From: Vicugna vicugna
Taxonomy: Eukaryota
Length of the DNA stretch: 62,000 nucleotides
NCBI GenBank assembly: GCA_013265495.1
Contig: MU058233.1
Span: 159,038 to 221,037, forward strand
Direction: 5' to 3'
How positions within the stretch are numbered: the first letter of the stretch is position 1; every line of letters starts with the position of its first letter. Shown in pieces: positions 10,681 to 22,539 of the stretch. Both the position numbers and the translations under genes were made by a program. The notes under the pieces are model-generated. The model was not told the origin of the DNA and made no database searches. It saw only the letters and a program-made list of their open reading frames with translations.

Positions 10681-12307
10681 GCATCAGTCGCTCACACAGC
10701 CTCCACCAGGTGCAGTCATGCCACCTCGTGCGTAGTCCAAAACCTGCGACCCAGGCCTGCATCTCTGCCCCCTTGGCCTGGGGGCTCTGCAGATGTGTCT
10801 GTCAGGTCTACGAACAGGACAGCCCCCACACTACATGGTGGTTGTTTTTCCTTTAAGCAGCCAAGTGAAAAAACATTTCACTGTTTTTAAAATGGGAGTA
10901 TAGCCACATATTTAACTGTACAACTACAAAGCTTTGATAAATGTGTATACTTGTAAAATTATCCCGAGACAATGAGCCTGTCCCCCAGCCCCTGAAGCTG
11001 GCAGCCCTCCCCCCCGCCCCCATTCCTCACCAGGCAGCCACTCCTCTGCCTTCTGTCACTGACATTACGCTGTGTTTTTTGACGATTATAGAAATGGGAA
11101 CACAGAGAACATATTCCTTTTTGTCTGGCGTCTTTCATAGAGCTACATGTTGCATGTGTCTTCCGTTTGCTCCATTTCACTGCTGTGAGGCTGGGTTTAT
11201 GTCGTTTATCCGCTTACCTTCTGGGGAGTGTTAGGGGTGGTTCCAGTGTTGGGGTGTTACTTAGAATGATGATCTCTAGCTCCATCCATGTTGCTGCAAA
11301 TGACATTATTTCATTCTTTTTATGGCTGAGTAGTATTCCATTGTATAGATTTACCACAATTTCTTTATCCAGTCATCTGTCAATGGACATTTAGCCAAAA
11401 TTGCGTTCTTAATGCTGGACAAAAAACAAAAATAAGACCATCCCAGATCAAACATGACAGCAGAGACAGAAGATGGGGTGCAGTGCAGATGCAGCCATGA
11501 ACCAGCAGCCCCAGGGCTGGGTCATCCTGCCCGGAGAAGGGAGTGGGTCCACATCGACCCTCGTAAATGGAGCCGGAGTTGGCCTTGAAGTCGAACGCCT
11601 TGTGAGGTTGAATCCTCGTAACCTGGTGGCCCTGCAGTCTCAGGTCACGACCTCAGTGTTAGGCCAGCCAGGCAATGCAGTGTGCGCAGGACAAGGAGGG
11701 CACTTCTTGGTCCCTGGCTCCTGGACACCATCCCTGCTGACCTGCTATTCTTCCAGAAGTTCTCTGTACAGAGACAGACAGCATCCATATGTTTGCATTC
11801 TTCTCACAGCTGGAATCCCCCTGCATATAGGCCTTCATTGGTCTTTCTTGTTTCAGATACTGGTCACAGATCTTTGCCTGGCACCTGCCAGGTCAAGTGG
11901 CGCCCAGAAGCGGGGGCCTCGGCTCCTGCAGCTCGCTGCCTGGACATCGGGACTGCACGTGTCCAGAGCACATCATCTTCCTGTCACTGGACTTTTCTGA
12001 TTGTCTTTTGCTGTTGAATGTGCTGTGGCCTCTGCAGGGCGGCTCCGGGTCAGAGGCCCGCGGCTGGTGCTTCTGTCTGTGGGCCAGCGGCGCCAGGTTG
12101 CACCGCCCTTTGCTGACCCTGGGTTTTAACAAACACTTACGTTTTCCTTGTGCTGCTCTGTTCAGCTCTGAGACTGAGCATCCTGCAGGCGAAGAGCTGA
12201 GTGCACAAAAGCCAGGTCTCTCCTGGGCCCGCCCGGGCTCGGGAGGTGAGCGGCCGGTGCCTCGCCCCGGTCAGGGTGGTGTTTCTCATGGCCTCCTTTC
12301 CCCCCAG

Positions 12308-12999
12308 GGCTGAAGAGGGTCACGGGCGGCTTCAACTCCAAGAACAAGTGCGACGCCAGGACCTACTTCTACATGCTGCCCACATTTGCCTTCGCGCACA
12401 AGGACCACGACGTGCAGGATGAGACCTACCGGCTGAGCGCGGACACCCTGCGGCACGTGAACCGGCTCCTCGCCTGCTACAAGGGCACCCACAACTTCCA
12501 CAACTTCACCTCGCAGAAGGGGCCCCGGGAGCCCAGCGCCCGGCGCTACATCCTGGACATGTTCTGCGAGGAGCCCTTCGTGCGGGAGGGCATGGAGTTC
12601 GCGGTGATCAAGGTCAAGGGCCAGAGCTTCATGACGCACCAGATCCGGAAGATGGTGGGCCTGGTGGTGGCCATCGTCAAGGGCTACGCGCCCGAGAGCG
12701 AGCTGGAGCGCAGCTGGGGGGAGGCCAAGGTAGACGTGCCCAAGGCGCCCGGGCTCGGCCTGGTGCTGGAGCGTGTGCACTTTGAGAAGTACAACCAGCG
12801 CTTCGGCCGCGACGGGCTGCACGAGCCGCTGGACTGGGCGCGGGAGGAGGCGGAGGCCGCGGCCTTCAAGGAGCAGCACATCTACCCCACCATCATCAGC
12901 ACCGAGCGCCATGAGAGGTCCATGGCCCAATGGCTGAGCACCCTGCCCGTGCACAACTTCAGCGCCACCACCCTCGCGGCGGCTGGCCCAGACACCAAG
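12308..12999 (+). CDS. PUS1: PUS1 exon 5
   Basis: cccccag acceptor; [19 protein letters not shown]...GTHNFHNFT...[10 protein letters not shown]...AGPDTK; donor AAG|GTGGGG; 692 nt. Confidence 0.97.
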
Positions 13000-14278
13000 G
13001 TGGGGCTGGGGGCTGGCACTGTGGGGAAGCTGAGGGCTGTGGGAGACTGGGGGCTGGGGTCGGGGAGGCCAGGGGGACAGCCATGCGGCTGGGGGTGGAG
13101 GTGGTGGGGTCTGGCTCCCCAGGAGCTCAGCCAGGCGCTTGTCCACATCTGTCATTGTCCATGGCTAAGCTTCTGACTGACTCTGCCCCCATGTCACTGT
13201 GCCCATTGTGCAGATGAGTAAGCTCTCCCAGAGTCCCACTGATCGGGGCTCTGCCCCGTGAGCGCAGGGGCCGGGCCTGTTGTCTGAAACCTGCTAGGGG
13301 CCGGCTGGAAGGGTGGCTCACCCGTTAGCTAACTGGCAGCCTTACTCTAGAAAGAGGACATCCAGGATTCAGGGCACTGGAGCTCAGAGCAGGGGGAGTT
13401 AATATTTCACTTTAGTTCTCCATTCTTTACCCTGGGGTGAGAGGTGGCCCCAAAGCCCACGTCCTCTCACGGTGGCCCAGCAGGCTGTGAAAGGGTGAGA
13501 GTCCCACCTGAGTTTCTGAGAGAGCCCTTCCCACTGTCTAGGTGTCCAGGAAGCCAGTGTCCTCCCTCTGCACCTGTACTTGTCAGCTCAGGGGCACACA
13601 GGTGAGCAAGCAGGCCGGGGGGCCAGGTGTAAGAGCAGCAGGAGTGCAGGTCGGATGATGGTTGGTGGCCCGCGTCCGGGAGGCGATAGGGATCAGTGGA
13701 GACTACGACAAATAGGAGAGCCTTTGTTCCATCTGAAGGGGGCTGCTGCGGCTTGGCCCCAGCCAGCAGGAGGTGGGCCCAAGTGTTGTCAGAGTGGCTG
13801 CTTTTCCAAGAGAATCTGGCATTCCAGAGTTTATGCAAAATAGTCCACTCTAAGTGTTGACAGTTACTAATTTTCTTAAGCACTGTGAGGTCAAATCGAG
13901 CATGTGTACAGATCTGACCTGGGGCCAGACTGTGCCTCCTGCTCAATCCCAGTAAGAGAGGCTTCTGACTGTTTGCCATCTGTACACAATGCTGGGGGGC
14001 CTGTCATTCTCCAGCTTTGCAGTAGCCCAAGTGTATGTTCCTAAGGTCATTGCAGCCTCTGGGGATTTGAAGGAGCCCAGTGAAGACCCTCCTCTCGCCC
14101 CCAGCTCCTGGCTTTCCCGGTTGAAGACAGGTTCTCTGACCAGTCAAGAGGAAGACAAGGAATCAGGCTGAGCCCGCCTTGGGCAGCTCTGGGGACAGCC
14201 CTCCTTCCAGGGAGAAGTACCTAGACCCAGGCGGCGTGCTCCCCCACAGTCACATTCCTGTCTGCTCTTGCTCTGCAG

Positions 14279-14326
14279 GTCCCCAGCCCCCTGGAAGGCA
14301 GTGAAGGGGACGGAGACAGTGACTGA
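14279..14326 (+). CDS. PUS1: PUS1 exon 6 coding part, VPSPLEGSEGDGDSD-stop
   Basis: ctctgcag acceptor; phase 0; TGA at 14324-14326; matches the recalled mammalian PUS1 C-terminus. Confidence 0.93.
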   Translation, partial: VPSPLEGSEGDGDSD

Positions 14327-14580
14327 GGCACGGCCACCCCCCGGAGTGTCTTGGAGTTGGCCCACAACTCCTGCACCAGGACCCACCAGCCTGCTGTTGG
14401 CTGTTTGCCTCGGCCAGACAGGAGAGCCTGCTGGTGGCCTCCCAACCTCAGGATCTTGAGACCTGCGTCATTTTGTTTTCGTCAGGGGGAAAACCTGCTG
14501 CGAATCTATTTTCAGCCCATGCGGATCTGTATACACCTCGGCGTGTAAAAACACTATTTTTTTAAAGAAGCGATTTTCTT

Positions 14581-14586
14581 ATTAAA
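14581..14586 (+). terminator. PUS1: PUS1 polyadenylation signal ATTAAA
   Basis: ATTAAA about 255 nt after the stop, with U-rich sequence upstream and downstream (tcttttatctttttt). Confidence 0.7.
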
Positions 14587-15289
14587 GAAGCACAAACTTT
14601 GCTTAGTCACTTCTTTTATCTTTTTCTCGGTCTTTTCCACGGGCCTTTGATCGAGAGGGATGAAAGGAGCACTGTGCGCTGTGTTAGCAACAGACCTGGC
14701 CCCACCTGGGCTGGGAACCGGGGAACCTGGCAAGGGCGTGTGCGGGCGCGGGCAGGCCAAGCAGGTGGGAGGGCGCCTGCGTGCGGGCAGGTGGGTGGAG
14801 GCTCGAGCCCAGTGGAAGGCTCTGCTCAGGACTCAGCTGTCAAGCTGTCAGGATGGGGCTGGCTGCAAGCAGCAGGAGCCAGGCAGGCGGCACAGGCACA
14901 CACAGAACAGTGCCGCAGTCGGGACAGGTGTAGCAGTCCCCAGTGCAGGAGGCCACGGGCTCCCTCGGTGTCCACCTGGCCCTCTTCAGCAGGCAGCTTT
15001 CATCCCGGTCCGTCCATCCCTGGCACTGTCCGTGTTCCAGGCGGGAGGAGTGAGGGCGGAAGGAAGGGGCACGTCGTTCAACACGTCCCTTAGCGAGCTC
15101 TCCCAGAAGACCTGCCAGCAGCTTCTTTCCCTCATTGGCCGGAAGTGTGTCCCGTAGCTGTAAGGGAGGCTGGGAAACGCTTTTTATTAAGTGGTGATTT
15201 TCTGTCGGCAAGTAAAAGGGGATCACATAGTGGGCTGGCAGTTGGCAAGTCTGCTGCAGAGGCATGGAGGATTTCATGTGGGGAAGTGG

Positions 15290-15510
15290 TGCGTGTGTGT
15301 TCTGCATGCGTGGACACACGTGTGCAGGTGTGACGGGCACATGCATATGCTCTGTGGTGTGTGTGGCCATGTGTATGCACACGTGGTATGCGAGTGACTT
15401 ATACGTGTGCATTTGTGTGATGTGTGTGTGATTGTAGGTGATGTGTGTCTGGGCATGTGTGCCGGTGTCGTGTACGTGCACATGCTGTGTGTGCTGCGCA
15501 CACGTGTGCA
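15290..15510. repeat. Degenerate TG/CA-rich low-complexity tract
   Basis: Alternating purine-pyrimidine runs (gtgtgtg, gcacacgtg). Confidence 0.8.
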
Positions 15511-16119
15511 CGGGGGGCCTGGGCAGATCTCTTGCAGGGCCCGTTCCCTTTCAGAGGGCGGATGGGGGTGGTGGTGGCTGGAATCAGGAAGACCGTTCAG
15601 GAGACCGGCAGTGACGTGCAGGAGGCCGAGCCAGGTGTGCCTCTGGGTCAGATAGACGGCAGTGCTTGCTGCTGCCGGGTGGCCTGGAGCTGGGACGGGA
15701 GGGTTTAAGGCTCACCTGGGCTTCGGGTTGGATGAACTGATGAGAACAGGATGGGGTGATTGGGAACAGGATGACCTTGAAGTGTTGGGAGTTGGCTTCA
15801 GAGATGTTAATTTTACCTGTGATAGGACTTGTAAAGTCCCTTTCCAGAGCATAAAGTAACCTAAAAACTGCTGGGACCGTGGGGTTCTCCCCATGGAAGT
15901 CTACATGGTCTCGGTTTGAGGGTGAAATCAAGCCACTGTGCTAGACAATTCCCAGTTGTGCCTCCAGGTAATGAGTGAGTGACTCATTTAAATCACCTTG
16001 GAGGGTCCATGGGTATAAGATGTTGTAAATAATACATGTATGTGGAAAAACCAGAGTACAAAAAAAGAGAAGTCGCCGTCCATCCCTAATTCTCAGTTAT
16101 CTCTCCATAGGCCCCTACT

Positions 16120-16860
16120 CTTTTTTTTTTTTTTTAATTGAAGCACAGTTAGTTACAATGTGTCAGTTTCTGGTGTTCAGCACAATGTCCCAGTCATGCG
16201 TACACATACATATATTCGTTTTCATACTCTTTTTCATTAAAGGTTCTCACAAGACATTGAATATAGTTTCCTGTGCTATACAGAAGAAATTTTTTTAAAT
16301 CTATTTTTATATATAGTGGCTAACATTTGCAAATCTCAAACTCTCAAATTTATCCCTTCCCACCCCCTTTCCCCCGGTTACTATACGATTGTTTACTATG
16401 TCTGAGAGTCTGTTTCTGTTCATTAGTGTATTCTTTTTTACTTTTTGTTTTAGAGTCCACATATGAATGATATCATATGGTATTTTTCTTTCTCTTTCTG
16501 GGTTACTTCACTTAGAATGATGATCTCCAGGTCCATCCACGTTGCTGCAAATGGCATTATTTTATTCTTTTTTATGGCTGAGTAGTATTCCATTGTATTA
16601 TTTTTATATATATATATTATAATATATAATAAATATACCACACCTTCTTTATCCAGTCATCTGTCAATGGACATTTAGGTTGTTTCTATGTCTTGGCTAT
16701 TGTAAATAGTGCTGCTGTGAACATTGGGGTGAATGTATCTTTTTGAATTAGACTTCCCTCCAGATATATGCCCAGGAGTGGGATTGCTGGGTCATATGGT
16801 AAGTCTATTTTCAGCTTTTGAAGGAATCTCCATACTGTTTTCCATAATGACTGCAACAAA
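16120..16860 (-). mobile_element. Relatively young L1 3' end (5'-truncated)
   Basis: Poly(T) at about 16120; minus-strand ORF2 C-terminal peptides LKIDLPYDPAIPLLGIY and FTAALFTIAKT. Confidence 0.9.
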
Positions 16861-17581
16861 CTTCGTACACCCCTACTCTTACTTTTTTCTTGTGGCCTTT
16901 TCCAAGGAGCTCTGTGCATATATGAGCATGTTTGACCCTTGTCTTCACACAGATGATGACTTTTCTCAATTTAGCATGTCTTTGCAATCACAGAAGTCTG
17001 CGTCCTTCTTGCCGGTGGCCCACCATGTACATGGTCCGTGCTACTCAGTTTGCTGGTGAACATTTGTCGTTTGTGATTTTACATGCGATGAGCATCCCGG
17101 TACATCCCTGTCCACACGTGTGAGTGTTCCTGGATGCAGATATGGCGGTGAGATGGGTTTCTAATGCCCTCTGTAGAGGGGGTTGAAGACTGCATCCCTG
17201 ACAGTATCACATGACAGTGCCTGCCCCCCAACTCTCCACAACGCCGGGGAGCAAACCTTTTCTCAGGGATGGACTCTGATTGGGCTCCTTTCCTCCTCCC
17301 TGAGTATGGAAGCCAACTCAGGAAAAAGTTAGAGTCCGGGTCGCAGCTGTCAGCAACTGATACCGACTCTGCTTTAAGCAGAAAAGCACTGTAGCTCCAG
17401 ATGCGGGAGCCCAGGCGGAGCCTGAGCTGCTCCTCACTTTTCCACCCAACTCCTCCTGGCCGAGCGAAGGGCTCAGCTGTTCCCGCCTTCCCAGTGGCCC
17501 GGCAGATCCCCATGCTGGCCAAGTGTGAGACGTGCGAGGAATCAGCTGTCTGGGAGAATGGTGGGAAAATCATTTAAGCAG

Positions 17582-17975
17582 GTTTTTTTTTTTTTAATGG
17601 AGGTACTGGGGATTGAATACAGGACCTCATGCATGCTGTAACAGCTGATTCACAATTTTTAAAGGTTACATTTAAGCAGTTGTTTTTGGTTTTCTTTTGT
17701 TTTTATTATTTTTTTGTTCTATTTATTTATTAATTTTTAATTAAAGTATAGTTGGTTTACAATTTGTGTTAATTTCTGGTGTACAGTATAGTGATTTAGT
17801 TATACATTTATTTGTATATATTCCTTTTCGTATTTTTCATTATAGGCTAATAGAAGGTAGTGAAGAGTTCCCTGTGCTCTACAGCAGGGCCTTGCTGTTT
17901 ATCTATTTTGTATATAGTAGTGTGTATCTGCAAATCTGGAACTCCTAATTTATCCCTCCACCCCCACCCTTTCCA
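17582..17975 (-). mobile_element. Truncated SINE followed by an L1 3' end fragment
   Basis: aatggaggtactggggattgaa SINE end, then ttaaagtatagttggtttacaat L1 3' terminus. Confidence 0.75.
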
Positions 17976-18574
17976 CATGAGCAGTTCTGATCTGTGTGTA
18001 TTGAAACTGAACTTAGAGAGGATCCAAGAGGGAAGATGTCACAATCTGGAAACAGAAACCACTCTGCATATTCAGTTGGGCAGACATTTTCTATGGGAAA
18101 TTTGGGGCTTACGAATTGTTGGAGGTGCTGAAGGACCTGGTTTGGACTGGGTCTCCTGGATGACTCTCAGAACAATACAGAACTGACCCATCAAGGCGCC
18201 TCCTGTTTCTGATGCTGCCTCTGGAGCCAAGAGGGATGGAAGGACCCCTCTAACGGCCCCACACCTGGAGCTGCATGACACGCAGCCCAGAGCCCTGGCC
18301 CAGGGTGAGGACTTCAGGTCAAGAAGCCACCGAACTCTGGACCTCTCTGACAGGAGAGACTCAAATCTGTCAACCCTGCTTGTGGACAGCAGGTGCAGAC
18401 AGGAGCAGCAGGAGGGAGGAAGCCACCTGCCTTGCACCCCGAGCCTTGCGCAGATGAGCAAGTGGGAGGGCCTAGGTCTCAGCTGGGGCTCTGACCTCCA
18501 AGGAGGCTGGTAGACATCGTTTTTAACTTTCCAACTTATCAAGCCTACTTGGATGGAATGAAGGTTGATAGACA

Positions 18575-19320
18575 CCCCCCTACGACACTGCTGGTGGGAC
18601 TGTAGTTTGGTGTTGCCACTGTGGAGAACAGTATGGAGGTTCCTTAAAAAACTAAAAATAGACTTACCATATGATCAAGCAATCCCACTCCCAGGTATAT
18701 ATCAGAAAAAGATGAAAACTCTACTTTGAAAAGATACATGCACCTCAGTGTTCATAGCAGCACTGCTTGCTATAGTCAAGACATGGAAGCTACCTATGTG
18801 TCCATCAGTAGATGACTGGATAAAGAAGATGTGGTGTATATACACAATGGAATACTACTCAGCCATAAAAAGAATGAAATAATGCCATTTGCAGCAACAT
18901 GGATGGACCTAGAGATTATCATACTAAGTGAAGTAAGTCAAACAGAGAAGGACCAATATCATATGATATCACGTATATGTGGAATCTAAAAAAATGACAC
19001 AAATGAACTTATTTACAAAACAGAAACAGACTCACAGACATAGAAAACAAACTTATGGTTACCAAAGGGGAAAGGGGGTGGGGAGGGATAAATTAGGAGT
19101 TTGGGATCAGCAGATACAAACCACTGTATATAAAACAGTTAAACAACAGGGACCAACTGTACAGCGCAGGGAACTATATTCAGTATCTTAACTAACCCAT
19201 AATGGAAAAGAATCTGAAAAGGAATACACACATACATATATATGTGTAACTGAATCACTTTGCTGTACACTTGAAACATTTTAAATCAACTATACTTCAA
19301 TAAAATATTTTTTTTAAAAA
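18575..19320 (+). mobile_element. L1 3' end, sense orientation
   Basis: ORF2 end and 3'UTR phrases (gcaatcccactcc, gcagcaacatggatggacctagag), ending ttcaataaaa. Confidence 0.9.
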
Positions 19321-19570
19321 GAGCCGCATTTTCAGCACTTAGAAACGTGAAATCACTCCCCTCTTTTATCCACCTAATCTTATCCCCTTCCAGCTGCCCC
19401 TGTCTCGTCTCTCTTTTATAGCCATGTTTTTTTCTTTTTAAAATGTTCAGTGTGTTTAGTATCAGAGAGGGTGTTTGTGTCTGCATTTTGCCGAGGAATT
19501 GATCACTTTATCCTGTATTTATTTATTTTTTAATTTTAAAAAATTTCATGCAAGTTAGTTTTTAAAAAAA

Positions 19571-19653
19571 ATTTTAATGGTGGTACTGGGGATTCAACCC
19601 AGGACCTCACACATGCTAAGCATGCCCTCTACCACTGAGCTATGACTCATCCC
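19571..19653 (-). mobile_element. Vic-1-like SINE
   Basis: gtactggggattcaacccaggacctc...ctctaccactgagcta. Confidence 0.8.
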
Positions 19654-19659
19654 TCATTT

Positions 19660-20900
19660 CTTTTTTTTAATGGATTTTTGAGATATGACACACACACCAC
19701 AAAACTTATCCTTTCAAAGTGCACAGTTCAGTGGTGTTCAGTAAATTCAAGAAGTTGTGCAACCATCAGCCCTACTTAATTTCACAGTTTCACAAACCTC
19801 AAAGGGAAATCCCACATCCAGCTGCAGTCACCCGACCTGTGACCCCTGGAAACCACTCATCAACTTCCCATCTCAGTGGATTTGCATGTTCTGTACATTT
19901 TATATAAATGGAATCATATGATATGTGGCCATATGATATCTGGCTTCTCTCGACTTAGGGTAATGTTTTTGAAGTTCTTCTATGTTGTAGCCTGTGCCAA
20001 TATTTCATCCTCCCTTTTTTGGCTAAGTAATATTCCATTAGATGTAAGCCATCAGTTGATGGATATTTGGGTTGTTTCCATTTCTTGGGAATTATGAATA
20101 ATGCTTCTAAGAATATCTTCACACGCATTTTTGTGTGGATGTGTTTTAAATTCTCTTGGGTATTTGCTTAGGAGTGGAATTCCTGGGTCACGTTAAGTCT
20201 TAGCTTTTCTTTGGAGAACTGCCAAACCATTTTTCAAAGTGGCTGCGTCATTTAAAATTCCTACCAGCAGTGTCTGAGGGTTCAGATTTCGTCACATCCT
20301 TGTCAACACTTACTATCTGACTTTTTGATTCAAGCCATCCTAGTGGTTTTTGGGTTTTATTTCCCTGATCCCTAATTATGTTGAACATCTTTTCATGTGT
20401 TTGTACATCTTCTGTTGAGGCATGTATTCAAGTCCTTTGCCCATTTAAAAATTAGTTGTCTTTTAACACTTTTTTACAATTTTTACTATATTTTATTTTT
20501 CATTGAATCATAGTTACAATGTGTCAATTTCTGCTGTACAGCACAATGTCCCAGTCGTGCATACACATACAAATTGTCTTTTAACTCTTGAATTGTAAGT
20601 TCTTTATATGATATGATTTGTAAATATTTTCTCTCATTCTGTGGGTTGCCTTTTCTTAATGGTGTCATTTGAAGCACAGAAGTTTTTAATTTTGGTGATA
20701 TCCAACGTATCTGATTTTTCCTTTGTTACTTGTGCTTTTGGTGTCATATGCGTTTTCCTCTGAGAGTCTGGTCATTTCTGCGCTCACACTTAGGGCTTGG
20801 GTCCATTTTGAGCTCACCTTTGCATGTAGTGCGAGGTTGGGGTCCAACCCCGGTGTTCACAGGTGGAGGCCGGTTTCCAGCACCATCTGCTGGAAAGCCC
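19660..20900 (-). mobile_element. Old L1MB-like fragment, with a younger L1 3' tip nested at about 20468-20573
   Basis: Antisense L1 3'UTR/ORF2 phrases; the nested piece is flanked by TTGTCTTTTAAC at 20456-20467 and 20574-20585. Confidence 0.75.
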
Positions 20901-21950
20901 GGCTGATCTGAGGGATGCGGTCCTCCGCCCACCGCCCCCTTTCTGCGCCGCTAGCTCCCCTCTCGGCCCCAGCAGGGAGCCTCCCCGCCCCCCCGCAGAC
21001 CCCTGCTCGGCCGGCCCGCCTCCCCGCCAGGGCGTCCGCAGGCATCCCAGCGCCGGGGTCCTCAGGCCCCCTCCCCGGGCTCACAGCCGGCGCTCGACGG
21101 CGCTCCCGCGGGGCATCTCAACAGGTGCCCCGGTCCGGCGCATACTCCGCTCTCCGCAAACCCGGCGCGGGTCCGCCGCCGGCCCGTCGGCCCGCGCCCT
21201 CGCCCCGCCTCTCTAGCCCTCCGGGCCGTCTCGACGCCTCCCGCCCCGCCGACGTCTGCGGGCGCCGGGCGCGCGTCCCTTCCGGCTCGCCGTAGCAGCG
21301 CGCCGCCGCTTCCTCCGCCCGGGCCCCGGATGTGTCGAGCAGAACGGCGCCGCCTGCACCCGGACGCAGCCCAGCCCGACGCGGAGGAGCGCGGCCCAGG
21401 CCCCGGTAGGTGTGGGCGCGGCGGGGACGCGGGGCGGGGTCGCGGGGCCCGCGCCCCGGCCTGGGCCCTCCCTGGAGCCCCGGGGCGCGGCGCGGAGCGC
21501 CGGCGGGAGGCCCCGAGGCGGGCGGCGCTGCGGGCGCCGGCTCCTCCCGCTGAGCAGGCGCTGGGCCGCGGGCGCCTCGCGTCGCCGCCCCTGCGCGCGG
21601 TGAGTCGGCTGTGGGCCCGGGGCTTCCTTGTGACCGGCCTCCCGGCTTCCGCGGAGGGGGAGCCCCGCCGCGTTGCTTCTCGGCGCGAGGTGGCCGCTCG
21701 CAGCTGTGGGAGAGGGTGCGGAGGGAAGGTGACTCGCCCGCCTCGCCCGCGGGGCACGCTGGGGCGCGGCCCGGGCGTCGCGAGGTTCCGGTCTCCAGCT
21801 CCCTCGCAGCCCGCTTGCAGCCCCGGACGGCTCAGCCCGCTCCGCCCGGCCTTGGCGCCGCCCTTCCCTCCGCCCGGGACGCGTTCCCGTAGAGCTGCAG
21901 CCCTCGTCCCTGCTGAGACGCCGCCTCGTCGGTCAGAAGAACGACAGCGA
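20880..21950. promoter_or_regulatory. EP400: EP400 CpG-island promoter
   Basis: About 1 kb of extreme GC/CpG density, with CCGCCC boxes and ETS-like CTTCCGG/CCGGAT motifs near 21280-21331. Confidence 0.9.
21290..21405 (+). other. EP400: EP400 non-coding exon 1 (start approximate)
   Basis: Donor CCG|GTAGGT after 21405 inside the CpG island. A second consensus donor GCG|GTGAGT lies after 21599. Confidence 0.7.
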
Positions 21951-22073
21951 GATGCTAGTAGTGCTTATCCTGGGGGTTGCGAGTTTTATTCTCTTCATTG
22001 CTTTGTATCTTCTGTTGATACATTTTTAAACTGTTTTGTTTTCTAGAAAAATTATTATTATTGTCATTTTACC

Positions 22074-22200
22074 CTTTTTTTGGAGGGGGAGGTAATTAGG
22101 GTTGTTTGCTTGTTTGTTTATAATGGAGGGACTGGGGATTGAACCCAGGACCTCATGCACGCTAAACACGCTCTGTACCACTGAGCTATATACTCTCCCC
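22074..22200 (-). mobile_element. Vic-1-like SINE
   Basis: ggggaggtaattagg...ggggattgaacccaggacctcatgcac...ccactgagctatatactctcccc. Confidence 0.88.
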
Positions 22201-22539
22201 GTTCTGTTAATATTTTATTACGTGACAGGTACAATAAAATGGTTTTGGTAACTTTTTTTAGGGGAGTCAATGAAATACAAATATGCTCCTGAATGGTTGG
22301 GAGAAAAATGTAAAAAATGTATTTAAAAACTCTAACTTGTTCCACCCCAAGATAAGCACAATTAGCAGTTTCTTTGTGGCCCTTTGTTCTTTCCATGTAA
22401 TTCTTTTTTTGGTAATTGGGATTGCGTAATGTAACTGTTATATGCTTTTAAAAACACGTAGGTAGCGTGATCAGGTGCCATTCCGTCCTCCACAGTGATT
22501 GCTGTTAGTGCTGTAGTATGTGTGAACCATTATTTCTTG

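Noticed and set aside
6810..10720. CTCF-like motifs (cctgcaggtggcac near 6813; ccaccaggtgcag near 10703)
   Set aside because: Partial matches of this kind are expected by chance in GC-rich DNA.
11395..12000. CpG-containing unique segment with a 175-aa ORF in PUS1 intron 4, considered as a retrocopy
   Set aside because: No frame I examined gave a recognisable protein, and there is no poly(A) or convincing TSD. A BLAST search would settle it.
12286..13155. 289-aa antisense ORF over PUS1 exon 5
   Set aside because: Shadow of GC3-rich sense codons; no recognisable domain.
14599..15511. ORFs of 164-223 aa downstream of PUS1
   Set aside because: GC-rich or TG-repeat-derived; no homology or exon structure recognised.
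20863..22046. Several long Arg/Pro/Gly-rich ORFs on both strands
   Set aside because: Stop-codon depletion in a CpG island. Only the spliced uORF is retained as a finding.
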